Of a stretch of DNA of 64,000 nucleotides, positions 49,323 to 59,599 are shown piece by piece. The DNA comes from Candidatus Omnitrophota bacterium (GTDB taxonomy: Bacteria; Omnitrophota; Gorgyraeia; Gygaellales; Profunditerraquicolaceae). The notes under the pieces were generated by a model. The model worked only from the letters and a program-made list of their open reading frames with translations, had not been told where the DNA came from and did no database searches. Within the stretch, counting starts at the first letter, position 1. The number at the start of each line of letters is the position of its first letter. A program made the translations under genes and the position numbers. The stretch lies in assembly GCA_003598025.1 (NCBI GenBank), contig QZKH01000009.1, positions 64,896-128,895 on the forward strand. The letters run 5' to 3'.

Positions 49323-50513
49323 TTATCCTTCTATAGCTAAAATTGTCACTGTTTGATTATGAGAGTAGACCTTGCCTAGATATCCTATAGCTTTCATCGG
49401 GGCCTGCTCTCCGTATGTATAGATACCAGCTATTATTGTATTTTGTGTAAAATGGTTTTTTATAATCTCAATCTCTCCGATGGCATCCCTCTTTAAAAGC
49501 ATGTACCTGGATATCGAGTCAAATACTAAAGCGAGGTTTGCCTGTTTATTCAGCAGCCCCTTTTTTGCTTCTTCAGCTGCCTGTTGAGTTGCCAGAAGGC
49601 ATGATTCTTTTGTCCCGATCATTAATCGTATTTGGCTGCCCTGAGGAATATCTCCCTGCAATATTATTGAGCCGTCATTTTCTACTGAGAGAATGTTTCT
49701 AAGTAGATACTCTTCTCTCCCGGATATATATATCCCAATAGGATACAGGACTGATATACGGTTTAAATCTATTTTTAGTTTTTTAATTTTCGCAGCAAGA
49801 TAATCTTCATAAAGTTCTACTGCCGGCCGAGAATCGATCTCATAAACGATATTGCCTGTGGACCTGGTTACAGAGCGCATTTTCCCAAGGGGTTTCCAGC
49901 CGTGTTTTACTCCCAGCCCAAAATTTAATTTACCTCCCCAGAGAATGCCGCATGCCGCTTCTGATAAAACCTGGTCTTCAAATATGATCGGAGTTTTCTT
50001 AAATTCCAGATTATCTGAAGCCGAAGCCCCGACTATGGGGAAACTTTTGCCTAGTTTCTGCTGCATCCCTAAAATTATGTCTTGCTTTTCTCCGATCAGC
50101 CCGTCAGAAAAAACCAACCCCAAATCTCTTCTAATACCCTTAAAGCCGTAAAGCAGCTTTTCTGCGAATTGATCTCCTGCCTGTATCAGCGGCCTTGATT
50201 TTAAGTCTTTTATAAAGGCAGTATTAAAATATGTCCCTTCAGAAAATTTTATCAATAGTATAATTATACCATGTTTAAATATGCCCTCGTTAGAAATAAT
50301 TGCAGCCCCGCAACATCCGATTATCGGAGTTTCCGGGAGGTAGCCTTTTAATTTGGAAAGGATGAGGGGGGAGACAGCATCAATGGTTGCAAAAATAATC
50401 GCTAAATCGGCTGTTTCGCTGGTTAATTGAACTTTGGCATGCTGCAAAGCCTCATAAGCAGATTCTAAAGCGGAGCTATGCGTACCTAGGCCTACGCCGA
50501 TTTTTATCGCCAT
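49323..50513 (-). CDS. FIST-domain sensor protein
   Basis: FIST_N/FIST_C-like layout; first gene of the minus-strand operon. Confidence 0.5.
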   Translation of the reverse strand: MAIKIGVGLGTHSSALESAYEALQHAKVQLTSETADLAIIFATIDAVSPLILSKLKGYLPETPIIGCCGAAIISNEGIFKHGIIILLIKFSEGTYFNTAFIKDLKSRPLIQAGDQFAEKLLYGFKGIRRDLGLVFSDGLIGEKQDIILGMQQKLGKSFPIVGASASDNLEFKKTPIIFEDQVLSEAACGILWGGKLNFGLGVKHGWKPLGKMRSVTRSTGNIVYEIDSRPAVELYEDYLAAKIKKLKIDLNRISVLYPIGIYISGREEYLLRNILSVENDGSIILQGDIPQGSQIRLMIGTKESCLLATQQAAEEAKKGLLNKQANLALVFDSISRYMLLKRDAIGEIEIIKNHFTQNTIIAGIYTYGEQAPMKAIGYLGKVYSHNQTVTILAIEG

Positions 50514-50686
50514 TTGAATATTCGATTAAAGATATATTAAATCAGTAAAAATAAGCCAGATATATAACCAATATACAACAATTATTTATAATTTCAATAT
50601 AATATTAAGGGTAAATAGATTAAAAAATTAATCGTTGACTAACTAAGGTTATATAGTAAAATATTTTAAATATTTAAGAAACCTCT

Positions 50687-50761
50687 GGCCCCATCGTCTA
50701 GCCTGGTCTAGGACAAATGGTTCTCAGCCATTAGACACCGGTTCAAATCCGGTTGGGGCTA
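50687..50761 (+). tRNA. tRNA-Glu (anticodon CUC)
   Basis: Acceptor GGCCCCA/TGGGGCT (G1-U wobble), anticodon stem AATGG/CCATT, loop TTCTCAG, T-arm ACCGG-TTCAAAT-CCGGT; CCA not encoded. Confidence 0.8.
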
Positions 50762-50914
50762 TTGATGTTACACACATTGAGCAGTTAAAATATGGTTTTA
50801 TTATGCGCCTCAGGTATCTCAATAGCTTTGGATTCTTAGGCAGAGTGTGTAATTTTGAAAAATTCTCTTGCAATTTTCTGGATTAATGATAAAAATAAAG
50901 AATAAAAAGGAGGT

Positions 50915-51163
50915 TTGATGCGGGAACATTTAGGATTTTTAAAGCTTTCCAGCGCAGTTGTAAAGATTGCTGCCTGGATTTTTTTGTTTCTGGGAGCCAT
51001 AGGAGGGTTATCTATACTTCTTGGTTTTTCGCCTTCAGGCCAGCCGAGATGGATGGGATTATTTGTTTTGGCTATCTATGCATTCCTGTTTTTCTTTTTA
51101 TTCGTAATCGCCAAGATAGCTGATTTGATGACCAAGATAATTAACGAAATCAAGAAAGAATAA
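50915..51163 (+). CDS. small 2-TM membrane protein
   Basis: ORF with SD AAGGAGG. Confidence 0.35.
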   Translation: MMREHLGFLKLSSAVVKIAAWIFLFLGAIGGLSILLGFSPSGQPRWMGLFVLAIYAFLFFFLFVIAKIADLMTKIINEIKKE

Positions 51164-51179
51164 AATTCAGGAGGCTAAA

Positions 51180-52124
51180 ATGAGAAGTGTTATATCCGGC
51201 GCTTTGAGGAATTATCTTTTTCTGACTATTATGTTTCTGGCTGTTTCTGTTCTTGGATGCGACAAGCTGGGTCTTCCGTCTAAGAAGCCTCAAAATAAGA
51301 GGAGCACGGAACCGGTTGCAATGGTAACCGGTACGGTTATCGCCAATGTTAATAATTTACCCATTACTCTTGAAGATTTAGACCGGGAAATAGCTGCTTA
51401 TAACGAACTCATGGAAGCAAACGGGGCTCCGGAATCAAAGATTTCTAATCGCGATGCGAAGATAGATTATTTGAGGAACGATATGGTCAGGCGCGCGTTG
51501 CTGTATCAGGAAGCCCTTGATAGAGGTATGGATAAGAAGTCTGAAGTCAGAAGGATCCTTGAAAGGACCAAAAAAGACCTCCTTGTTGCTGAATTAGTAA
51601 GGGCGGAAACAGAAAATATAGATGTAAGCGCAAAAGAGATAGAGGACTATTATAATAGTTCCAAGAAGATAGGAAGGTCTCTTTTTTATGAAATCGTCAT
51701 TCCCGAGGAAAAGCAAGTCAGAGAAATCATCCTGCCAAGCGAATCCGAAGCAAGAGATATTTTGATACAACTTCTGCAGGGTGCGGATTTTGCAGCGTTG
51801 GCTAAAGAACGTTCAAAAGCTAAGAGCGCAAGTAACGGAGGAGACCTGGGGTTTGTGGCTCCGGGTAGCAAGTTCGCAGAGTTTGATACGGTAGTAGGTA
51901 TGCTTGATGTAGGCAAGGTTAGCAGTATTTTTAAAGGTCCCGATGGATACTATATTATAAAGATAGAAGCAAAGCGCGGAGGCGCGGAAAGATCCTTGTC
52001 AGAAATGTGGGAGAATTTAAAGAAAGAAATCACTTATATAAAGCAGCAGCAAAAACTTGAACAGTTGATTGAGGCGTTGAATAAAAATGCCAAGATTGAG
52101 GTTTATGAAGGAGTAATAAAATAA
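51180..52124 (+). CDS. lipoprotein peptidyl-prolyl isomerase (parvulin/PpiC-type)
   Basis: Lipobox VSVLGC; PpiC domain ...GGDLGFVAPGSKFAEFDTVVGMLDVGKVSSIFKGPDGYYIIKIEAK. Confidence 0.6.
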   Translation: MRSVISGALRNYLFLTIMFLAVSVLGCDKLGLPSKKPQNKRSTEPVAMVTGTVIANVNNLPITLEDLDREIAAYNELMEANGAPESKISNRDAKIDYLRNDMVRRALLYQEALDRGMDKKSEVRRILERTKKDLLVAELVRAETENIDVSAKEIEDYYNSSKKIGRSLFYEIVIPEEKQVREIILPSESEARDILIQLLQGADFAALAKERSKAKSASNGGDLGFVAPGSKFAEFDTVVGMLDVGKVSSIFKGPDGYYIIKIEAKRGGAERSLSEMWENLKKEITYIKQQQKLEQLIEALNKNAKIEVYEGVIK

Positions 52125-53029
52125 TGCCTTTGCCAAAAATCCCCCTATCCAGGCAGCGATTAGCTTTAATCTTCGGGTTGGTCCTTGGTTTGCTGGCGAT
52201 AATAATGCTTAGAAGCTATGTAAACGATCAGAGGGTTAAAGCTGACCAGGAGGCAAGGAAAAAATTACAGATGATTCAGGCAAACCAGACCAGTGTGCTT
52301 GTCGCAAAGAAAGACCTGCCTCCGGGTACGCCGATAGACCCCGAGATGTTTGAAACCAAGATTATTTTTAACAATGAGAAGGCGCCCCGGGCAATAAATT
52401 CTCTGTCCAGGATAGAGGGTATGATTGTAGCTATCCCTATTGCCAAAGGCGAGCAGATAGTAATAGATAAACTGGTCTATGCTCGCGGTGGCGGTAGTCT
52501 TTCTGACTCAACACCTTCAGGCAAGCGGGCGATTTCTATAAATGTCGATAATATAGCTTCATTGGCAGGCATGATTAAACCTGGAAATTATGTAGATGTA
52601 ATAGCAATGGTAGCTCTGCCAATGTCTGCGGGAGAAGGCAGGACTTCTGCCCAGCCGGTAGTCATGCCTTTATTCCAGAATGTACAAATATTAGCAGTGG
52701 GACAAGAGACAAGCATGTCCCCGCAAATAAGCTCAAGCTCCAGATATGGTAAAGAAGAAAAAAGGGATGTATCTTCTATTGTGACGCTGGCGCTTACTCC
52801 GCAGGAGGCCAATATACTATCTTTTGTGCAGGAACAGGGTAAGATTAGGCTGGTTTTGCGTTCTCCTTCAGACTCGAAGGAAGAGCCTATCCGCCCGGTG
52901 AGCTGGGATACGGTTTTTCAATATTTGATGCCACAGCAGGACAGAAAGAATGTGCCGGTAGAAAAACCCAAGCCTACCGTTGAAATTTATAGGGGCTCAA
53001 CTAGAGACGTTGTTACTTTATCTGATTAG
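52124..53029 (+). CDS. cpaB: Flp pilus assembly protein CpaB/RcpC-like
   Basis: N-terminal TM plus SAF-like beta domain; ATGA overlap with previous gene. Confidence 0.55.
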   Translation: MPLPKIPLSRQRLALIFGLVLGLLAIIMLRSYVNDQRVKADQEARKKLQMIQANQTSVLVAKKDLPPGTPIDPEMFETKIIFNNEKAPRAINSLSRIEGMIVAIPIAKGEQIVIDKLVYARGGGSLSDSTPSGKRAISINVDNIASLAGMIKPGNYVDVIAMVALPMSAGEGRTSAQPVVMPLFQNVQILAVGQETSMSPQISSSSRYGKEEKRDVSSIVTLALTPQEANILSFVQEQGKIRLVLRSPSDSKEEPIRPVSWDTVFQYLMPQQDRKNVPVEKPKPTVEIYRGSTRDVVTLSD

Positions 53030-53045
53030 AGATTAAGGAGACATA

Positions 53046-54635
53046 ATGAATAAAAGAAGACTTTGCAAGGGCTTTATGATGCTGAGTTTATTTTTGCTCG
53101 GCTTGAATTCAGTTATTTCAGCAGCCGAAGTCAAATTATATATGGGCGAGACAAAGGTTTTGGCTGTCAGCAGCCCTACCAGAATTGCTATCGGTAACCC
53201 TTCTGTTGCAGATGTCTCCAATGTCAACTCAAACAGCATAACCTTAGTCCCTAAAGGACTGGGCTCTACGTCGCTGGTGCTCTGGGATATATACGGAGAG
53301 CAGGCATACACTTTAAGGGTGCTCCCTGAGAATATAGATTATGCTAAAAAGCGGATTGATGAGCTGCTTAAGTCTTTGAATCTTCCTGAAGTTTATACTA
53401 AGTCGGAAGAAGATGAGGGCCGGATTTTATTGCTAGGCAGGGTCAAAACTCCTCAGGATAGGGAGAGAATAAGCGTTTTGTTGGGCGCTCTCAAGGATAA
53501 AACAATAGATCTCTTAGAAGTTAGAGAAGAAGAAGCCGTTATTGAAATAGATGTGCAGGTTTTAGAGCTTAATAAGGATGCAACAAAGGCTTTGGGGTTG
53601 ACAAACCCGCTTAGTACTCAGGACGGATACAGCATCACTGAAGTAGGCTCTCCAGGATTAACAGGGGCAAAATGGTCAGAGCTGTTTAAAGTCCTAAGCC
53701 TTAAGCGTACCACAGCTTTTAATTGGACGCTTTTCGCTTTGGTCCAAGAAGGCAAAGCCAGGATATTATCTAGGCCAAGATTAGCTTGCCAGAGCGGGAA
53801 AGAAGCAGAGCTTTTAGTCGGAGGGGAGAAGCCGATATTTACTACGCAGGTTGCTTCTGCCGGAGGGCAGGGGACAGAAGTAGAATATAAAGAATATGGG
53901 ATTAAACTCAAGATAAAGCCTACTATCAGCGAGGAGAAAAGAGTAAAGTTAGCCTTGAATGTTGAAGTAAGCGAGGTTGGTGATGCGGAAATAATCGGCT
54001 CAGTAGAAGCCCCTACTGCAAAAGCTTTCCCCTTGACCAAGAGGACAGCGTCTACAGAGTTATTTTTAGATGATGGGCAGACGATGGCAATCGGTGGTTT
54101 GATTAAGAGCAAGAGTGAAGAGGATTATACCAAAACACCCGGCCTTGCAGATATCCCGATATTCGGCATGATGTTTAGGAAAAAAAGCGGTAAAGTCGGA
54201 GGCGGCACAGGGGAAAGAGGAGATAGTGAATTATACATTACTTTAACTCCAAAAGTTATTAGCGAAAAAATTCCCGCCAAAAAATCAGATAACGATAACA
54301 AGAATATTGCCAGTAGCGATCAATCAGCAGGCGTTGAGCCTACATCTACCGAAGGGGTCTATGCAGGCTTAGTGCAACAGCGTATATTAAAGAAAATATC
54401 TTATCCGCTTTCTGCAAAGAAAGCCGGTTTCCAGGGTACGGTGAGGCTCAGTCTTATTATTTCCTATCAGGGTGAATTGCTCGGTGCCACGATTAAGGAT
54501 TCTTCGGGTTACAGAGTGCTTGATGAAAATGCTATCGCAGCGGCCAGGAGCGTTTCTTCTTATCCGCCATTTCCTTCATCCATAGATTCGGAAGAAATAG
54601 AGATTGAAGTCCCGATAGTCTACCAGCTAAACTAA
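53046..54635 (+). CDS. cpaC: Tad secretin CpaC/RcpA with fused C-terminal TonB_C domain
   Basis: Secretin core (…GGLIKSK…TPGLADIPIFGMMFRKK…). C-terminal YPLSAKKAGFQGTVRLSLIISYQGELLGATIKDSSGYRVLDENAIAAARSVSSYPPFP matches the TonB C-terminal signature. Confidence 0.75.
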   Translation: MNKRRLCKGFMMLSLFLLGLNSVISAAEVKLYMGETKVLAVSSPTRIAIGNPSVADVSNVNSNSITLVPKGLGSTSLVLWDIYGEQAYTLRVLPENIDYAKKRIDELLKSLNLPEVYTKSEEDEGRILLLGRVKTPQDRERISVLLGALKDKTIDLLEVREEEAVIEIDVQVLELNKDATKALGLTNPLSTQDGYSITEVGSPGLTGAKWSELFKVLSLKRTTAFNWTLFALVQEGKARILSRPRLACQSGKEAELLVGGEKPIFTTQVASAGGQGTEVEYKEYGIKLKIKPTISEEKRVKLALNVEVSEVGDAEIIGSVEAPTAKAFPLTKRTASTELFLDDGQTMAIGGLIKSKSEEDYTKTPGLADIPIFGMMFRKKSGKVGGGTGERGDSELYITLTPKVISEKIPAKKSDNDNKNIASSDQSAGVEPTSTEGVYAGLVQQRILKKISYPLSAKKAGFQGTVRLSLIISYQGELLGATIKDSSGYRVLDENAIAAARSVSSYPPFPSSIDSEEIEIEVPIVYQLN

Positions 54636-54636
54636 T

Positions 54637-56790
54637 ATGTCAAAAGTCATAGCTTTATTCAGTACAAAAGGCGGCGTAGGCAAGACATTAATCGCAGCTA
54701 ACCTTGCCGTAAGCCTTTTTAAGGATTATTCTAAGAAAGTATTGCTTGTAGACCTTGACCTTCATGTCGTCGGAGATATGGCCAGGATGCTGGATGTAAG
54801 TCCACATCGCTCAATAGCGGATATAATCGTTCATATCAAAAAGCAGCCCGGCGACTCTGTTAAGAAGGAGAGCTATGTCTCTAAGACGTCTATAGGGGTT
54901 GATTTTCTGCCCGCAGTCCTGAAAGCCCAGCAGTCTCCGCATCTTGATGCCCAAAAATTAAAAGATATATTCGAACTTTACGATAAAGATTATGATTTTA
55001 TAATTGTAGATGTCGGCAAAAGCATAACCGACATGCTTGTTTCTACTTTAAACCAGGCAAATTTAATCCTCTTGATTGTAACCCCGGATATTCTATCTAT
55101 CTATCAGACTAAATGGACGCTGGATACCTTAAGATCTTTGCATTTCCCATATAAAATGATAAGGCTTGTCCTTAATAGGGCTGAATCTTTGGCCAGCGTC
55201 AGTTGGCAGGAAGTAAGGATTAACTTTCCGATTGATATTATTGACCAGGTACCTTCTGATGGAAGGGTGGTAGGAAATGCAGTCAACAGGGGCGTGCCGG
55301 TAGTTATCGATAATCCCAAGGCCAAGATTTCCGCGTCAATAAGGCATTTGGCATCATTATTGGTATCCAGGAATGATTATTTTATTGAACGCTCTGAAGT
55401 CAGTCAGATGAAAGTCGAAGAGGACATGCTGGAGAAACCGGCCCAGATATGGCAGGCCGAAGGCTTGACAGAGGCTTTGGGCAAACCCGAAACCCGCGAC
55501 GAGGATGATGAGATATTAAAACTTAAAAGGCGCATACACGATAGATTGATAGAGGAGCTTAATTTAAAAAGGATAGATTCAAAAGTATTCAGCGATCCTA
55601 AAAAAGCCAGGGAATTAAGAAATAAGGCAGAGATATTAGTTGCTAATCTTCTGGTTGAAGAGGCGGGTAGCTTTATTACTTCTCATGATGTGCGCAGAAA
55701 ATTGACCAAAGAGATACTCGATGAGGCCTTGGGCCTTGGCCCGCTTGAAGATTTACTTGCCGATGGCGCGATAACCGATATCATGGTCAACAATAAGGAC
55801 GAAATATATATAGAGAAAAATGGAAAAATTGAGCTTACTACCAAGAAGTTTATTTCTAATGAACAGGTAAAGACTACCATTGAAAGAATAATCGCTCCGT
55901 TAGGAAGAAGAATAGATGAATCTGTGCCGATGGTCGATGCCCGTTTGCCGGACGGCTCTCGTGTAAATGCGATAATTTCCCCGCTTTCGTTAACCGGGCC
56001 TACATTAACAATAAGAAAATTCCGCAAGGAAAGATTCACCATTGACGAGTTAATCGGTATTAAAACTTTAAGCAGGGAGATGTCGGATTTCATAAAGGCA
56101 TGCGTTTTAGCAAGAAAAAACATCATTGTTTCCGGTGGTACCGGTTCCGGTAAGACAACCATACTCAATATTCTGTCTGCTTTTATACCGGATTATGAAA
56201 GGATTGTTACTATTGAGGATGCCGCTGAATTGAAACTGCATCAGGAGCATTGGGTTCGGCTTGAGGCTAGACCGCCGAATATCGAAGGTAAAGGCGCAGT
56301 AACAATACGAGATCTTTTCCGCAACAGCTTAAGGATGAGGCCGGATAGGATCATAATTGGTGAGTGTCGCGGGCTTGAAACCATGGATATGCTACAGGCG
56401 ATGAACACCGGCCACGACGGTTCTATGACTACGCTTCACGCCAACTCAACCCATGATGTCCTGGTGAGGCTCGACTCTATGATTTTGATGTCAGGAGTTG
56501 AGTTACCAGTCAGGGCTATCAGGGAAATGGTGGCCTCAGCGTTACATGTTATTGTCCATACCGCCCGTATGTCTGATGGCTCAAGAAAGATTATAGAAAT
56601 TACCGAAGTCGCAGGAATGAGGGATGACATCCATGTTGATTTAAAAGATATATTCTCGTTTAAGCAGACCGGCATAGATAAAGAGGGGAATGTATTAGGA
56701 GATTTCCAGGCAACAGGTTACATACCGTCATTCATTGAAGAGATCAAAGTCAAAGGTATTCCTCTTTCTGAGGATATGTTTAAGATATAA
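54637..56790 (+). CDS. fused CpaE (MinD/ParA-like) - CpaF/TadA (VirB11-like) pilus ATPase
   Basis: N-terminal [15 protein letters not shown] (deviant Walker A). C-terminal GGTGSGKTT and [13 protein letters not shown]...[13 protein letters not shown], typical of TadA. Confidence 0.8.
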   Translation: MSKVIALFSTKGGVGKTLIAANLAVSLFKDYSKKVLLVDLDLHVVGDMARMLDVSPHRSIADIIVHIKKQPGDSVKKESYVSKTSIGVDFLPAVLKAQQSPHLDAQKLKDIFELYDKDYDFIIVDVGKSITDMLVSTLNQANLILLIVTPDILSIYQTKWTLDTLRSLHFPYKMIRLVLNRAESLASVSWQEVRINFPIDIIDQVPSDGRVVGNAVNRGVPVVIDNPKAKISASIRHLASLLVSRNDYFIERSEVSQMKVEEDMLEKPAQIWQAEGLTEALGKPETRDEDDEILKLKRRIHDRLIEELNLKRIDSKVFSDPKKARELRNKAEILVANLLVEEAGSFITSHDVRRKLTKEILDEALGLGPLEDLLADGAITDIMVNNKDEIYIEKNGKIELTTKKFISNEQVKTTIERIIAPLGRRIDESVPMVDARLPDGSRVNAIISPLSLTGPTLTIRKFRKERFTIDELIGIKTLSREMSDFIKACVLARKNIIVSGGTGSGKTTILNILSAFIPDYERIVTIEDAAELKLHQEHWVRLEARPPNIEGKGAVTIRDLFRNSLRMRPDRIIIGECRGLETMDMLQAMNTGHDGSMTTLHANSTHDVLVRLDSMILMSGVELPVRAIREMVASALHVIVHTARMSDGSRKIIEITEVAGMRDDIHVDLKDIFSFKQTGIDKEGNVLGDFQATGYIPSFIEEIKVKGIPLSEDMFKI

Positions 56791-56803
56791 CATCACTTCC
56801 TGA

Positions 56804-57148
56804 ATGAAAATAATCAACACAACTCAAAATACAATTTTAGCAGATAAGGCTGTTTTAGCAGATAACCCTTTCTCTAGGATGAAGGGATTATTAGGCAGGA
56901 AGGCGCTTTACGATGGAGAGGCGCTGGTACTAAAACCCGCCAATTCCATTCATACATTCTTTATGCGTTTTTCCATAGATGTCATATTTTTAGGTAGAGA
57001 TAATAAGGTAGTTAAAATCATATCTCACCTTAAACCCTTTAGATTATCCCCGTTATATTTTAGTTCTTCGATTGTAATAGAGCTACCTTCAGGATACATA
57101 AAAAAAACCAATACCAAAGAATCCGATATCCTATCCATCCAGCCTTAG
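56804..57148 (+). CDS. DUF192 protein (common in tad loci)
   Basis: ADNPFSRMKGLLGRK...FFMRFSIDVIFLGRDNKVV. Confidence 0.55.
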   Translation: MKIINTTQNTILADKAVLADNPFSRMKGLLGRKALYDGEALVLKPANSIHTFFMRFSIDVIFLGRDNKVVKIISHLKPFRLSPLYFSSSIVIELPSGYIKKTNTKESDILSIQP

Positions 57149-57150
57149 GT

Positions 57151-57817
57151 CCGTTTCTCCCGCTCTTCAGGGACCGTTTCTCTTGCTGACCACAAAGGTG
57201 CCCCCATAGAGCCGTATTAAACTTCTTTTAAGGTATCTAGTAGATTATTAAACTGTCCCGACATGCGATATCTTGCGCTACTATAAGGATAGCTAAAAGG
57301 AGATAAGGCAATATTGGCTCTCACGGGATTTGATTCAACATATTCGATACATTTTAAGAGGTAATCGTCACTTAGAATAGCCAAGCTTTTATATCTGCCT
57401 TGCCATAGATGGCCAACCTTTTTATATCTGCCATTATACCAAGAGGTATAAGTTAAGTTGACCTTCAACATGATTTTTGACAAAATTTTTCCGTCAACTA
57501 ATCCAAGCAGTAAATGAACATGGTTAGGCATCAGGCAATAACAGAATACCTTGAATTTGCATTCTTTCTTGTAATGCCTTAGAATGTCGAGATATTTTAC
57601 GTAGTCTGTTTCATCATGGAATATGATCTGCTTTTGATTACCCCTTGTTAAAACGTGATAAAAACACCTATCAAGCAATAATCTCTTGGGTTTTGTCATA
57701 ATTCCACCTCCAAATGATTAGACGAAAATAAGGGAGTCTATCTAACGAATTTTCTTAAATAGGGGCACTTCTATGAAGAGCAACGGAAACGGTCTGTGAA
57801 GAGCGGGAGAAACGGCC
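57151..57817. mobile_element. IS200/IS605-like (RayT/REP-associated) element with ~55-bp imperfect inverted ends
   Basis: Left end 57151-57205 CCGTTTCTCCCGCTCTTCAGGGACCGTTTCTCTTGCTGACCACAAAGGTGCCCC. Right end 57762-57817 is its imperfect reverse complement. Each end contains the CCGTTTCTC direct repeat. Confidence 0.65.
57217..57699 (-). CDS. tnpA: Y1 (HuH) transposase, IS200/IS605 TnpA / RayT-like
   Basis: FYHVLTRGN...; HVHLLL (HuH); catalytic Y in ...YSSARY. Confidence 0.8.
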   Translation of the reverse strand: MTKPKRLLLDRCFYHVLTRGNQKQIIFHDETDYVKYLDILRHYKKECKFKVFCYCLMPNHVHLLLGLVDGKILSKIMLKVNLTYTSWYNGRYKKVGHLWQGRYKSLAILSDDYLLKCIEYVESNPVRANIALSPFSYPYSSARYRMSGQFNNLLDTLKEV

Positions 57818-57909
57818 CTAAGAAATTAGTTACTATATTTGTCCAATCTAAAATAATTGACAAGTTTGGACATTTATGTTATATTTAAAATGTCCAATGA
57901 GAGGAATAA

Positions 57910-59523
57910 ATGGGAATAATCTATAAGCTAACCGAACAAGCTAAAAATATAGTTCTTGATGAAAAGCGCAATAATCCCAAGTTAAGCTGCAGGAAATTAG
58001 TTTTATTATTAAAAAATAAGCATAATTTAGTACTTTCCAAATCCAGCATAAATTCTATTGTTAAAGAGGCGGGTTTAAGTCAGTCAGTAGGAAGAAAACC
58101 TGCAAAAATAACTCCAAAAAAAGTTAGGCCCTCAGTACCCACCCCGAAAGAAGCAATCGTTGAAAATTCAGCTGTAATAAGCGAACCTGTTCCAATTGTA
58201 ATTGAGCCGCCCCAGGTTAAGGTTAAAGAATCTCCGGTGCTAATTGAAAATGCCGGATACGTTTTTTTAAAAATAGCCGATGATCTAATAGGCGGAGGCA
58301 GACAAATTGCATCTATAATTGCTTCAAAGCTTAATAACGTAACTACTTCTGATATAATGAGTTACAATAATTCGCTTTTATTTAGAGCATTCAATGCTAC
58401 TTCTATTTTGACAGCCATTCAAAGCCTTTCTCCCAATGAGGTAGGTTTATCTTCATATCTTGCTGATTTACAATCAGTTACGAACATTACCCCCAGGCTT
58501 ATAAAAGCGCTTACAGATGCTTTTACGCGGATAAGAGGCTATAGATTATATTTCTCCGATAATTCAACATTATTTCTTGATAGCCAATTTCGATCTGTAT
58601 GGCAGGTGCCTAACATGCCAATTGATTTTTCTCTATCATATTTAAATGCAAGCAGTTACGTTAAGAGTATCATAAATCACTATAAGAATTTTTGTATTCA
58701 ATCAGGAGCTAAAGATAACTTAATTCCTGAAGAATTCATTGATTTATGTATAGGTTTATCTAACTCCGGTAAAACATTAAAAAACATAAGCTTGTTTTCT
58801 GATAACTTAACTGAGATTGAAAATATTGCTGTTCAGCAGGAGCAGCAGCCTTTTACTCTGGTGGCTGGTTTCTGGAGCGATCAAATTAGGGGGGGAATTA
58901 AAATAAATATGGTCAAGGATTTTGAATCAGCTTTCATTGGAGAATTATCGACTCAGCTTCATATTGGTTTTGCTGATTTAGATGTTACGCAACTAACTGC
59001 AAATAAAAGAGTTAAATTAAAAGGCTACTTGATAAAATCATCCCCTAATGATAAAAGGTTCCTTGTAATCGCATCAAGCAATTATTCAGAACCATTTGAT
59101 AATCAAGGGGTTATAGTAGATTATTTAAAGCTTTGGCCAAATTATTTTGAGGGTTTTATTGACTTTAAACGAAAATATGAGGCTTTTACTTATCTGCCTG
59201 AGCCCGCAGCGAATTTTAATTTTAAAGACTTAGGGCCGAATAGCGATATAAAGGCAACCCTCAGGGAATATTTTAACGGACTTGATTTCTATGTCAGGAG
59301 ATATATTCTGCCTCCAGATTACGAAACTGAATCTTTCTCGACGATAAATGAGCATTTTTACAGCCTTAAAGCAGTTGTCATGGATAAAACAAGCCATTTC
59401 CAGCTTAAATTCCAGGTTCCCGATGGTTACAAATTTACCAGCGTAGTTAGATACGCCTGCCGCAGGGCAAATGAGCGATCAGCAATGTTTGCCGATGGTA
59501 AAAAGATATTACTTGAAATATGA
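57910..59523 (+). CDS. uncharacterised 537-aa protein in tad locus
   Basis: ORF only; N-terminal HTH-like segment and a P-rich linker; no recognised family. Confidence 0.35.
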   Translation: MGIIYKLTEQAKNIVLDEKRNNPKLSCRKLVLLLKNKHNLVLSKSSINSIVKEAGLSQSVGRKPAKITPKKVRPSVPTPKEAIVENSAVISEPVPIVIEPPQVKVKESPVLIENAGYVFLKIADDLIGGGRQIASIIASKLNNVTTSDIMSYNNSLLFRAFNATSILTAIQSLSPNEVGLSSYLADLQSVTNITPRLIKALTDAFTRIRGYRLYFSDNSTLFLDSQFRSVWQVPNMPIDFSLSYLNASSYVKSIINHYKNFCIQSGAKDNLIPEEFIDLCIGLSNSGKTLKNISLFSDNLTEIENIAVQQEQQPFTLVAGFWSDQIRGGIKINMVKDFESAFIGELSTQLHIGFADLDVTQLTANKRVKLKGYLIKSSPNDKRFLVIASSNYSEPFDNQGVIVDYLKLWPNYFEGFIDFKRKYEAFTYLPEPAANFNFKDLGPNSDIKATLREYFNGLDFYVRRYILPPDYETESFSTINEHFYSLKAVVMDKTSHFQLKFQVPDGYKFTSVVRYACRRANERSAMFADGKKILLEI

Positions 59524-59562
59524 TAAGTTAAGAAAGCGGTTTCAAAATGGCTCCCGATTAGC

Positions 59563-59591
59563 TTGACTAGTATATATATAAATGCTATATT
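59563..59591 (+). promoter_or_regulatory. promoter TTGACT-17-TATATT
   Basis: Read directly. Confidence 0.45.
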
Positions 59592-59599
59592 TAAAATGT

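Noticed and set aside
55683-56168. 161-aa minus-strand ORF and other antisense ORFs in the tad ATPase gene
   Set aside because: Shadow ORFs of a strongly supported gene.
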